This document shows, piece after piece, positions 21,535 to 35,917 of a stretch of 64,000 nt of DNA. The notes beneath the pieces were generated by a model. That model ran no database searches. It was not told the DNA's origin and saw only the letters and a list, made by a program, of their open reading frames with translations. The stretch is from the human T2T-CHM13v2.0 reference genome, Homo sapiens: the NCBI RefSeq assembly GCF_009914755.1, contig NC_060941.1. One strand, 5' to 3'. Position 1 is the stretch's first letter. Every line of letters begins with the position of its first letter. Made by a program: the position numbers and the translations under genes.

Positions 21535-21899
21535 TGCAGTGGCTCAGAATGTGGTATTAGAGCTCAAGTAGGGTAGGAGGGGTATGTTTGTAGGGTGGCT
21601 GTCCAGCATGGGTTATCTTCACTTAAGGCAAGTAACAAGAGTTTTCTTTCAGAGAGGTGGCCCTGTGTATAGTGTGAAAGCCAAGTAGGTTGAGCATAGC
21701 ATCCCTGAGGAAGGGTAGCTTGGCATGGAGTGCTAGGGCTTGAGCAAGGTGGGGAGGGGTTATTTGGTTTGGGGCATCAGTCAGAGTGTAGTGAGGAAGG
21801 CATCTTTATAGAGAAAGGGGTAACAGTGATGGTGATGGAGATTCATTAAATACAGAGGAATTGAACACATAACTCTGTGAGTGATAATGGTGAAGGGAG

Positions 21900-23090
21900 T
21901 TAGAAATAGCGAAAGTGAGAAAATAGGAATGATCTCTGTGCTGTTGGATTGAAATTTCAGTGTATCATGATGAAGTTATGGGTTTCATTATAGATGGATG
22001 CATGGATGGACACTGGAATAAAAATAGATGTTAGTGTGTGTATATAGAATGTATTTGTATGTATGTAAATATTTATATGTATATATGCCCTAGCTCTGAG
22101 ATAATAACAATGAATAGACATAGTGCCCAGATCTTGACTTGGGACATCCATCTGCCACTTAAAGGAGTCAGGGGTCTTTGGAGAAATGGGGCTGGGAAAA
22201 TGCAAGATGAGCCCAGAATATCTTATTTTGCCAGCAAGTAAAGAAGTGATTAACAAAGGTTGAGGCCACGTCAGAAGAACATAGGAGCCAGCATGAAGAG
22301 GCCCCAAGTAATCAAATATGAGACACTTTAAGCATCAAAATAAGTAGTGATAGTAGCGGATTATTATGCACTTAATAAAATGTGAAATCGTGTCTATCGT
22401 GGTATAAATAAATGAGTAAAAGTTTATTGAGAAATGGAATTGTTTACAAGCACCTCTCCATAAAATTTTTGTTAATTACAAAAGCAAAAAGTAACTTTAC
22501 AGTGGAGAATCCTGGCATATGTGACCTAAATCAAGCAATCAAAGTGAACATAATGAAATAAATAAAAATCATGTTCTTCCTGATAGGATACAATGAGAAA
22601 AACACAGCATTATGTCTGTGATATTCCTGCTAAAGATGCATAACCTGAATCTAATCATCCTGAAACAGACAAACTCAAACTGAGGGACATACCACACAGT
22701 AACTAGCCTTGACATCTTTAAAGGTGCCAAGATCATGAAAGTCAAAGACTGAGGAAGTATTCCAGAATGAAGGAGACCAAAGGGAAATGAAAAATAAAGG
22801 CAATGTATGATTCTGAATTACATCCTTTTGCTATAAAGGATATTATTAAGACAAATTGGTGAAATGTCAGTGGGGTCTGAGGATTAATTGTTAGTAATGT
22901 ATCAGTGTTAATTTCCTGGTTTTGATGGTTATAGTCATGTCGGAGAATGTTCTTGATTGTTGATTGTAAGAAGTGCACAGTCGAGTATTTGAGGATGATG
23001 GGGTATTAGGTTGGCAGTTTGCTGTCAAATGATTCAGGTAAAAATTTTTTTACTCTCAACTTTTCTGTAAATTTAGATTGTTTCACACTT
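21900..23090 (+). mobile_element. L1MC/MD-type 3'UTR fragment
   Basis: cagatcttg...aaggagtcaggggtctttggagaaatgg; aactttacagtggagaatcctggc; aatgtatcagtgttaatttcctg. Confidence 0.7.
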
Positions 23091-23640
23091 TTAAAAATAT
23101 GGTATATCTTGGTTACCCTCTGTATGCCAAACACTGGGCAGGTACTAAAAATAGAAAAGTAGAGTAACATGAGTCCTTACATCATTCTTGATGATACCTG
23201 AGTCTAATGGAGGGTACAGATATGTAAGTGAATAATTACAGTGCAGTCTGATCTGGGTTATACTATGAATATATACAAAGTACTATAGGAAATAAATTAT
23301 GACAAATGAACTAGGTTTATTTTTTTGACAAGTTTTTTGGAATGACATTTAGGTAGGGTAATGTAGAAGAAAATAAGGGCATGAATCGGAAAAATGATAG
23401 ATTAATTGTCAAGTTTTAGAGTAGTGAAAAAATCATCCCTTTAAAAAGAGATGCAGCATAGTATAACATAAAGAAACCATATTTAAGTCAGAAGAACTGT
23501 TTAGGACTTGGTTTTACCATGCGTTAGCGCTGGTGATCTTGAGAAGTCTAGCTAATTTATTTGAATTTTAGTTTTGACTTTTTAATAAAGTTCCTGGCTC
23601 TCAAAGCTCATAGATTATTGTTAATATTTGTACTGATTCC

Positions 23641-23680
23641 TTATACCTAATTGTAGTGACTTATACCTAATTGTAGTGAC
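23641..23680. repeat. 20-bp tandem duplication (ttatacctaattgtagtgac)x2
   Basis: Exact adjacent copies. Confidence 0.92.
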
Positions 23681-23872
23681 TGTTTAACCTGTATAATTAA
23701 TTTAAGATGAATTGGTAGAGAGCTTGTAGTGACAGTTGAATAAATGTAAACCTCTGCTTATAATGCTGTTTGTAGTAGAACATATTGTAATTGTTCATTG
23801 CTGAATGTAATGCTCCATTTACTTCATTGCTTTACTGTTGTAGTCTTTATCATTTTGTTTTTCTGTTTATAG

Positions 23873-23942
23873 ATCTGTTGGGAGAACGTTTTGCACAATG
23901 GATGGTCGTGGAAGCCCAGTTCACATTCATCCTTCCTCAGCA
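23873..23942 (+). CDS. DHX40: DHX40 exon (70 nt): [23 protein letters not shown]
   Basis: ttatag|A...GCA|gtaagt. V-x-IHPSS OB-fold motif. Confidence 0.96.
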
Positions 23943-24203
23943 GTAAGTACTTCATTTTTAATAAAGGGAAGAAATTTGTAAAGTTGTAGAAATAAGTAAT
24001 ATACAAATGTCTTCTACTTTTCACTTTGGAGTTAAATTTACATATATCTATATTACATAGATCTATAAGGGTATTGGTTGGCCTGTGCCTCCTGTTTGAA
24101 GAAGATAGGAATTAATTGAGAAGGATTTGGACTATTTGGTTGGTTTAATGTGGAATAGGGCAGGTTATTGAGTTACCATCATTAAAAGAAATGTTTTGTA
24201 TAG

Positions 24204-24432
24204 CTTCATGAACAGGAAACCAAACTTGAATGGATCATTTTTCATGAGGTATTGGTTACCACCAAAGTCTACGCAAGAATTGTATGCCCAATCCGTTATG
24301 AATGGGTAAGAGACTTGTTACCCAAGTTGCATGAATTTAATGCACATGATTTGAGCAGTGTGGCCCGACGTGAAGTGAGAGAAGATGCAAGAAGGAGATG
24401 GACAAATAAGGAAAATGTAAAGCAGCTAAAGG
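24204..24432 (+). CDS. DHX40: DHX40 penultimate exon (229 nt): [43 protein letters not shown]...ENVKQLK
   Basis: gtatag|CTT...AAGG|gtgagt. W..FHE...T.K.Y.R motif. Overlaps the ORF at 24252-24440. Confidence 0.96.
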
Positions 24433-24466
24433 GTGAGTAAATCATTTGTTCTACTCTTAACCACTA

Positions 24467-24745
<279 letters not shown>

Positions 24746-24794
24746 TTATGCATTATTAACTCAGAATCCCCTTTGTTTCCAAGGGGCTTTTTCT

Positions 24795-24978
24795 TTCTTT
24801 CTTTCTTTTTCTTTCTTCTTTGAGACGGAGTTTTGCTCTTATTGCCCAGGCTGGAGTGTAATGGTGTGATTTTGGCTCACTGCAGCCTCTGCCTCCCGGT
24901 TCAAGCTATTCTCCTGCCTCAGCCTCCTGAGTAGCTGGATTACAGGCATGCACCACCACGCCTGGCTAAGTTTGTATA
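24795..24978 (-). mobile_element. 5'-truncated AluS with 17-bp TSD
   Basis: TSD tccaaggggctttttct at 24778-24794 and 24979-24995. Confidence 0.9.
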
Positions 24979-25222
24979 TCCAAGGGGCTTTTTCTATGAA
25001 ATAATTAGGACCCTGGTTGGGAGGCATAAATAGTTGTGGTACTGAAATAGGACAGAAAGTTTTTCAGCTCACATACACAGAAAACTTCTTAGTAAAGCTT
25101 TTTGAGGCTGAATGATGAAGCATATTGTATTTTCTTTATTTGACATCACTGCAAAATGGAATGGTGAAGAGTTTTGCCGAATAAATCATAGAAAAATCTT
25201 TAGAAATGTTAGCCACTAGGGA

Positions 25223-25538
<316 letters not shown>

Positions 25539-25790
25539 CTAGGTGTTCTATTACAGTGTAATAACACTGCCACATGCTTGAATTAGGGTCAGTTTTTCTG
25601 ACTCATTGGCCTTGGTGCTCTTAATTTTGTAACCATAGACTACATTGCTTTTGAAAGGGCAAAATTTAATTTTTCTCTTTATTGTTTTTACTTTGTTAAC
25701 ACTGAAAAATCAGGGCTTCTCTTTCTCTTAACATTTCTAGTACTGAATCTCAAAGCTAAGTTTTATTGGATTAATTTGTAATGTTTTCAG

Positions 25791-25930
25791 ATGGAATATC
25801 GAAAGACGTCTTAAAGAAAATGCAAAGAAGAAATGATGACAAATCCATATCTGATGCACGGGCTCGTTTCCTTGAGAGAAAGCAGCAGAGGACCCAGGAC
25901 CACAGTGACACACGAAAGGAAACAGGCTAA
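25791..25930 (+). CDS. DHX40: DHX40 last coding exon: [46 protein letters not shown]
   Basis: ttttcag|AT, phase 1. TAA at 25928-25930. The eight exons total 997 nt in one open frame. Confidence 0.95.
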
Positions 25931-26634
25931 GGTGGTGAACCCTCCAATTCAGGAAGTGGGAAAAGGAGCCAGGAAATGTGCTTCTACTTTGCCAGTTATT
26001 TCAGACAGCACTACCAAGAGGAGGTGGTCAGCACTTGTTATTGGCCTATGAACTAAAAGCAAATCAAAGCTCATAAATCAAAGCTCATCAGTTCCCATAA
26101 ATGCAGTTGTCAAAGAAAAGATTTGGTTGCCATAGTCATAAGCAATGATACATGAAACCAATGAAAGACAGTACATGTAATAATATTTTCCTCAGTACAA
26201 TTTTGCTGGCCTTAACTGGTATCAAACGCTGTCATTGAGATGTTTTCAAAGAACATTGAGTTGTATTTAATCAGCGTGTACTCCATTTGCATTGAAGCAT
26301 TAAAAATTATTTTTCTTAAAATCTCTTTAAGGCCTTCTTGTTGCTGTTAGAATAGTGCTATATATCAGGTATGTGACCATTTATTTCAGAAGGCTGAACA
26401 TAAGAGGTTTCTACTCAGCAATACTTAGATGTCTAACTGTTTAATTGCTACAGAGCTTTATAGATATTTAGAGAAAAGACTTAATCAATTAGTAAATAAA
26501 ATTGCCTATGGCAGGATTCTTTCTTGAATTAATATTAATCCTTAAATTGATTTTTCTGGGATTATACAAATTCCTTTTTATATAAAAGTATATTGTTTAA
26601 AACAGTAGCTATAGCCATTAACCAAAGGACAGAT

Positions 26635-26667
26635 GATATATATATATATGATATATATATATATATA
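26635..26667. repeat. Interrupted (AT)n microsatellite in the DHX40 3'UTR
   Basis: Two AT runs separated by a G. Confidence 0.9.
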
Positions 26668-26929
26668 AGTTCTTTTTTAGCTGTACCTACGTACTTATAT
26701 CAGCACCATGTATGTAGGTGTGATAGTACTTTCAAACAGCGCCTCCACCTGGCCTACTCTGTTATTTCCACCTGTTTGGGTAGGGCCATTTAACTTCCAT
26801 TATGCCAAACTTGGGATGGGATTTTCGAAGCAGACAACACTATTTCATCGTGTTTCAAATTGGAACCTTGAGGCTAGTTAGTATCACACTCAGGCCACAC
26901 TCAGCACTTGCCCACTCTTGTTTACTGCC

Positions 26930-27077
26930 TTGTATTCTAGTTATTTGTGTATTTGTCTCCCTCACTAGATTATACGCTCCTTGTGGGCAGGGACTGTGTC
27001 TTTTTTCATCTTTGTATCTTTCATGCACCTAGCATAGTGCTTTGCACATAGTAGTCACTCAGTGTTTGTTAAATAAA
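26930..27077 (+). mobile_element. L2 LINE 3' end
   Basis: ctagattatacgctccttgtgggcagggactgtgtc...cctagcatagtgctttgcacatagtag...tttgttaaataaa matches the recalled L2 3'-terminal consensus. Confidence 0.8.
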
Positions 27078-27095
27078 GCTATTAGTGTCATTAAA
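27072..27095 (+). terminator. Distal DHX40 polyadenylation signals (AATAAA + ATTAAA)
   Basis: Hexamers with a downstream GU-rich element at about 27114-27137. Proximal alternatives: ATTAAA 26299-26304, AATAAA 26495-26500. Confidence 0.75.
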
Positions 27096-27273
27096 ATTCA
27101 AAAGACAGTATAATGTGTGTTTTTAGATATTTTGTGTAAAAATTAAGAATCTAAATTTTTTATCGGTAACTCTTCTAGTTATTTCCTTTGGAATCTAGTT
27201 TTATGTTCAATAATAGAAACTTGAAATCTTTATCAAAAATCACAAGGACCCAAATTCATGTATTTGTCCCTAA

Positions 27274-27629
<356 letters not shown>

Positions 27630-28832
27630 TAATTTGTTCATTTTTATCTTTAGTGCTCTAGACACTGTTATTAGCACATATTAATCATTTAGTTCTGTCA
27701 GTTTCTCTTCTCAGGTGTATTGTATAAGGGCATATCCTCAGATGTGGTGGGAGTGTGTGGATTCTTGGAATGAGAGCTCTTCTAGTTTAGTAAATATTAA
27801 GCATATATTCTGAATCTACACCTCACACTCAAATTATATCTGTTGTTTCAGTAATGTCCTTTATGGCATTTTTCTGTAGTTCAAGATTTAGTCTAGGATC
27901 ACGTATTGTATTTAGTCTCTTAATCTGGAAAAAGTCCTCAGTCCTTGTCTTTCACAACATTAACATTTTAAAATAATATAAGCTAGTTATTTTATAGAAT
28001 GTTCTCAATTTGGGTTTCTCCAATGTTTCTTCATGGTTATGCATTTTTAACTGGAATACTGCATAAGTAATAGTGTCATGGTATCACGTCTGGAGGTACA
28101 TGGCATTTTCCCCTTGCTGGTGTTATTAATGTTAATTACTTATTAGGGTGCTTTTTAAATTATATCAACCTGGTTATCCTTATAATTCATAAATAATTTG
28201 AGGGAGAGATACTTTGACATTATATAAAATATCTCGTTCCTCATAAAATATGACATTTTGTATTTACCATCAATTGATGATTCTTGCCTGAATCCATTTT
28301 ATTCTTATGGCTGCAAAATGGTGATTTTTTTTTCTAATTCTTTTCTATATTTGTTGGTATTATATTGTAAGGAAGAGTTTTCCTTGAAGGATGAATGTCT
28401 GATAAACGGGTGGGTGCTAAGAAGAGCATGGATCAAGACAGAGAAGTATTTATAGAAAGCCCAGGGGGTGTTTGAGATGGTGGCAAACAGTTGAGTTTAC
28501 TTGGTGCATAGAATATATATAGGAGAGTAGGTGGCTCAAACTGTTAAGGTCAGATTACAGAAGGCTTTGTAAACCAATCTATAGAATTTGGAATTATTTT
28601 ATGGATTTGTTAGAAGGGAAGGACATCATTACAGTTTTGGGATAATTGTGATAGTGTTATTGATAAAAAATTTCTGTATCTCAGTTTGCATTGAGAGGAC
28701 TGTGAGAGCAGTAGTATCAAGGGAATGCTGGATCTAGTTAAGGCAAGAACATGGAAGCAGCCTTGCAGGAAAGGTGGGTTTTATGGAGGAGTTTGTTCTT
28801 AGAAGAATGGGAATACACCTTCAAGTTACTAA

Positions 28833-29142
<310 letters not shown>

Positions 29143-29334
29143 GACAAATGTTATAATAGAAAAATGGGCAAAGGACATGGTCGGTCCTTTTATAAAAGGG
29201 GAAACAGGAGGAAGGGTCAGTAAATAAAAGACAATGAACCTAACTTGTAATTAGGGAGACGGCATTCATTTCCATCAGATTAGCAATAATTAATACTCCT
29301 GAAAAGTGTTGGTGGTGAAGAATAAATTGCTTTT

Positions 29335-29631
29335 ATTTAATTAATTAATTTTTCATACAGTTCTGTTGCCCAGGCTGGAGTACAGCATGATCATGGCTCA
29401 CTACTTCTTTGATCTAGGCTCAAGCAGTCCTCCCACCTTAGTCTCCTGAGTAGCTGAGAGTACAGGTGTGTGCCAACACACCCGACTGGTTGTTTTAAAA
29501 TTCATTTTTTGTATATATGGGGTGTCACTATGTTGCTTAGGCTGGGTCTCGAACTCCTGGGCTCAAATGATCCTCTTGCCTTGGCCTACCAAAATCCTGG
29601 GATTACAGACGTGAGCCACCATGCCCAGGCC
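29335..29631 (-). mobile_element. AluJ (diverged)
   Basis: Antisense dimer. Confidence 0.8.
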
Positions 29632-30486
29632 AGCTCTTATTTTAGAGAACATTTTGGCAATATCTAGTAAAGTTGAAGCTGTGTACAACCTGATACCTAG
29701 TAAGTCCACCTCTAGACGTAGGTGGTCTTTGACTAGCGTATCACATCTGGAGGTACATGGCATTTGCCGCTTATTGGTGATACTAGTTTTGTTTACTTAG
29801 GGTGGACCCAGTAAGTCCACATTTAGACTTAGGGGTTTCTCTAGACTAGGAACTCTCAGACTATATACAATATTCTGTGCCTCATAAAATTGGACTCCTA
29901 TAGATTTAGCGTTAATTGCTGATGATAAATACATTAAAAATGTTAAATACAGCATTCATTACAATGTGAAATACACCATTGTTGCTAATAGAAATCTGAA
30001 AACAGCACATATATATATAGCTATATCAGTAGGGAAAAGGTTTAATAAATTGTGATATGTTCTTACTGTTGAATCCTACAGCAGTGAAAGTGATTTCTGA
30101 GATTCCTGATGTGTACTCCTATTTAGCAGAACAGATGAACCAGTTCATATTCCAACCAGCAATATATGAAAATGCCAGTCTTACTACACCTCATAGTTCC
30201 TCAGTCTTCTAATTATTGACAAAAAGGTGCCTCATTATCTTAATTTACATATTTAGATATTTAATGCTTTTTCCATGTGTTCAAACTGTAGGGAATAATA
30301 AAATTATCTGATTTGAATTTGATAAGCCAGATAGTAAATATTTTAGGCTTTCTGGACATGTAATTTCTGTTGCAGCTACTCTGATGTTGTAGTATGAAAG
30401 CAACAACAGACAGTACATGAATGAATATCACTTTGTTCCAATAAAACTATGGAGAATGAAATTCAAATTTCACATGTCAGCAAATA

Positions 30487-30806
30487 CAGTCAGCCCCCTG
30501 TATCTGGGGGCTCAGTATCTGGGGTTCCACAACCACAGATTCAACCAACCACAGATTTCAAATATTCCAAAGAAAATCCAATAAAAATAATACAATAATG
30601 AAAGATAAAGAAAAAAAGAGTATAACAACTATTTACATTGTATTAGATATTATAAATAATCTAGATATGATGTAAAGTATGCAGGAAAATGTGCATATAT
30701 GCAGACACTACCCATTTTATATGAGAAACTTCAGCATCAACCAGATTTTGGTATCCTCAGGGGGAAGTCCTGGAACCAAACCCCAGCTGATACTAAGGAA
30801 TGACTG
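30487..30806. mobile_element. MER2 (Tigger) element, preceded by a MER58B-like fragment (~30325-30480)
   Basis: TA|cagtcagccccctgtatc...gatactaaggaatgactg TIRs. Internal cagattcaaccaacc. Confidence 0.8.
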
Positions 30807-30827
30807 GATTATTGTTTTGATTTCAGG

Positions 30828-31145
<318 letters not shown>

Positions 31146-31447
31146 TGAATCTAGAAAAGCTACTTTTTAATATTCCCATTCTAACTTAAATGATCACTTC
31201 ATTTGCAAGAAGAGGTCTTAATGAAATGTCAGATTTTTCTGGCTTTTACTTTTTCTTCATAGCAGAGTTGATGAGACTAAACATAATATCAAGGAATCAA
31301 TAAATTTAAATAGTAATCTTTAATCACCCAAAGATTTTTAAAGTAATCCTTATTACTTGTTAGCTGTTCCTTTAAACTTAATACATGAATAATACAAAAT
31401 TCCCTTGTGAAGCTGTTAAAGATTTTTCAAAGAAAATGATTAGTCAC

Positions 31448-31814
<367 letters not shown>

Positions 31815-32008
31815 TCAGCTAAAATACAGGAAATGAGATGAGTGAACCCAAAATACAGCCTAGCACCCAGTTTGGTGCTTTGTATATGGGAGGTATTTAT
31901 AAATGATTGTGCCAACTCCAGATGCGATTACTAACAACATAAAGTAGCCTAGGCTTCAAATTAAATGGGTCATGTAATCAATAAATGCTTTAATAGCTGG
32001 AGAAGTAA

Positions 32009-32317
<309 letters not shown>

Positions 32318-32838
32318 ATAAATGGATTTTAAGCTGAGTCTTTGAGGGAAGAGTAGGACCTGCACTGAAACAAAAAGACAATTTGTGGGGTTGGGGAGAG
32401 GAACCAGATGTAAACAATGGAAAGGTTTTGGTGTCACTTTGAGAAGGATTTTTTGGAAGGGTTTTGCAATGTCCATTCTGTATCTTGGGTTAACACTAGT
32501 AAGTCAAATGGAGAATAATTTGAGTGTCACTCATTCCTACAGATAGAAAAATTTTAAAGTAGCTTGGGCCGGGATTTTCCTTTTATCATGTGCCATTGTG
32601 TACGTGTCTGCTACTTCATTTAGTTCCTTTTTTAAAAATGGAATTTTTATCACTTCTGTGCAAAGGTTAAATTTTTTTAATAAATTAATAATGGAATGTT
32701 TAAGCCTTCCTCAGTAATGAGTATAATCTTATCTCTCCATCTGATCTGATGGGTCAACTATATAGTAACTAAAATAGACTGTAACAGCTGTCTTCATCAT
32801 TAGTTTTTATTTTCACCATGCATGTAGAATGCTTTATA

Positions 32839-33158
32839 TTGTAGTCCCTTATTATCTGAGGTTTCATTTTCTGATGTTTCAGTTACCTGTGTTCAACTAT
32901 GTCCAAAAATAGGTAACTACAATGATATTTTGAGAGACCACATTCACATATAACTTTTATTATAGTACATTGTTATAATTGTCCTATTTTCATTGTTAAT
33001 ATCGTACTGTGCCTAATTTATAAGTTAAACTTTATCATAGGTATATATGTATAGAAAAAACATAGTGTATACTGTATGGGGTTCAGTATTAGCTGTGGTT
33101 TCAGGCATCCTCTGTAGAGGTCTTGGAATATATCCCTTGTGGATAATGGAGGACTACA
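32839..33158. mobile_element. MER44A-like Tigger MITE
   Basis: gtagtccct...ggactac ends. Internal gagagaccacattcacata and gtgcctaatttataagttaaactttatcatagg. Confidence 0.8.
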
Positions 33159-34351
33159 TATTTGACTGGTTGGTGGAGTTAACCTAAGGAGACCTTTTCA
33201 TGACTCTTTAAACTTTTAGGTTTAAAGGTTGACTCGGAAAAGAAAAACAATTTATATCAATAAATCTAAGGTAGGCTTATATGAATGCTGCATACTTTTC
33301 ATCACTGCAGTGTTGTGGAATGAAAAGTAATTGTATGGATTTTATACTATACAACATTAAACTCATAGTTATTTGGAATATGAGCAACCAGGAAAAGAAA
33401 ATAACCAGGTATTTTGTTTGATTTACATAGTAATCTACTTTTAGTAGTCATGACAGGATGAGGTATGGCATTTTAAAAAAAGTAATTCCTAGTATTGCCT
33501 AGGTTTGGTACTACTCAGATTAGGTTACATTTGCAGGAGTACTATACAACAACTGTTCACTTTGATGAATCTGAGGCCTTTAAGGTTCAGAACTGCTTTC
33601 CCTATATCAATTTTTTTTTTTCAAAAAAGGCTTTACAAAATAATTTAACATTGAGTATTTAATTTTACATTGCAGGTACTGGAAAATATTTGTTGAAGAA
33701 ATTAATTATTCCTTAAAACTTTATTATTGAGTTAACCAAAACTTTACCAAATCTCAGTCCTTAGCTATTCTGTTGCGAAGAAGTGAGAGTTTACTACCAT
33801 TAACAAGGCTGCAGATGTACACTGCTACTGGCAGAACTATCCCTAGAGTGGCAAAACTCTACATTTCCCAAGGGAACATATCTGTGGGTCATGTTTTGCT
33901 TTGGAGACAGTAGTAACTCTAGGAGGTGAACACAGAACGTTCTACATATTTAGAAATAGAAAAAAGAAATAGCCCTTAACAATTAATCCCACACTCTCAC
34001 CCTCATTACCTCTTCATTCTATAGATGCTCTCAAGCTTCTTGTGACTTTTGTTGCAAGATGTTGTGACATGGCATCTGACTCCCTATTGATCAGCAGGGT
34101 TAAAATCCTCCTGGGTTTTCCTATCCACAATGTTCTGTGAATTGCTATATTTAAACTAGCTTTTTTTTTTGAGACGGAATCTTGCTCTGTTCCCAGGCTG
34201 GAGTGCAGTGGCACACTGTAGAGTGGCAAATGAAGACATATTTATCTGATCCTCTGATATGAAATCCCCTATTAATAAACACCTTTCTTAAAAGTGCTAT
34301 ATAAAAGTATGCTTATAATAGGAATGTTTCCTTTAATTTGTCTAGAATTGA

Positions 34352-34703
<352 letters not shown>

Positions 34704-35042
34704 TAAACCAACTTTTGTGAAATGGCTTTTTAAGGTAATGTCATGAACCACTTCATTCCTCTGCCAGGGTCTTATTTAACCCTTCAAAAACATGGGTGGG
34801 CCCTATATAATGTGACTTCATTCTACATTGGATCCCCACAAAGCTAGTCTTGGCTTTTCACTTGGAACATGCCCAATGCTGATACAAAGTAAAGATTCAC
34901 TATAGATCTTATTGCTATCCATCGTACGTTATAAAACTTGTCTAAATATTTAAAGGTTTAAAACAAGCCTGCGCAGTGGATGTCAAGAGTAAAGTACGTT
35001 TCATAGTAAAATTAAAATGCCATTAAAATTTTGTTCTTGTGG

Positions 35043-35338
35043 GGCTGGGTGTGGTGGCTCATGCCTGTAATCCCAGCACTTGAGGAGGCTGAGGCAGGCA
35101 GATCACCTGAGGTCAGGAGTTCAAGACCAGCCTACCCAACATGGTGAAACCCCTGTCTCTACTAAAAATACAAAAATAAGCCAGGCATGGTGGCTGGTGC
35201 CTGTAATCCCAGCTCCTCGGGAGGCTGAGGCAGGAGAATTGCCTGAACCCAGGAGGCGGAGGTTGTGGTGGGCCGAGATCACACCATTGCAGTCTGGCCT
35301 GGGCGACAAGAGCAAGACTCCGTCTCAAAAAAAAAAAA
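35043..35338 (+). mobile_element. AluSp/Sq
   Basis: Dimer with TSD-like aatt..gttcttg. Confidence 0.88.
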
Positions 35339-35869
35339 TTGTTCTTGCTTTGTAAATGCTGCTTTCTTTTCTTCATTTTGGAGCGGGGAGCCTTGCCGAT
35401 AGTCAGTGACTTGTACATTTGTTTACTGGCATTTGATAGGCTGCTCCTTATCTTGCATGAAAAAATAAAGACCTAGCCAGTCTAATCCTGCTGGGATTCA
35501 TATCAGTGGCCCCAGGGGGTTGAGATGCTTCAAAGCTACTGTTTAAATGGCAAAACCAAGTATCTTACTTGGATAATACTAAAGTATGTCCTTTATGGCT
35601 TTATTGGAATCTGAATTGTAAACATTTGGTACAGTGGATTAAAGTTCTGCTTTAAAATTAATTTCTGAGTATGTGAGATATGCCTTTTCTTTGTGACTTT
35701 TGCAGTGCAGTGAATTCAGGCTGTTTTTAAAAGGTCAAGTTTTTAAAAGGCAGGGGCATTAGTGCTAGGGCTGCTTGAAGATGAACAGCTAATGGAGAAA
35801 TCCTACAGTGAAAGGGGTTGTTTTTTTTTTTGTTTTTTGTTTGTGTTTTGAGGTGTCATTCTATTGAGT

Positions 35870-35872
<3 letters not shown>

Positions 35873-35917
<45 letters not shown>
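35873..35917. repeat. (TA)18 microsatellite with short extension
   Basis: Perfect TA run 35873-35908. Confidence 0.95.

Larger units (their letters stand above)
25931..27105 (+). other. DHX40: DHX40 3'UTR (end approximate)
   Basis: Alu-free sequence after the stop. AATAAA 27072-27077 and ATTAAA 27090-27095 are followed by a GT/T-rich tract (tgtgtgttttt). Confidence 0.8.

Noticed and set aside
25833-26051. 72-aa ATG ORF overlapping the DHX40 stop codon in another frame
   Set aside because: Internal to the last exon, with no plausible initiation route or recognisable homology.
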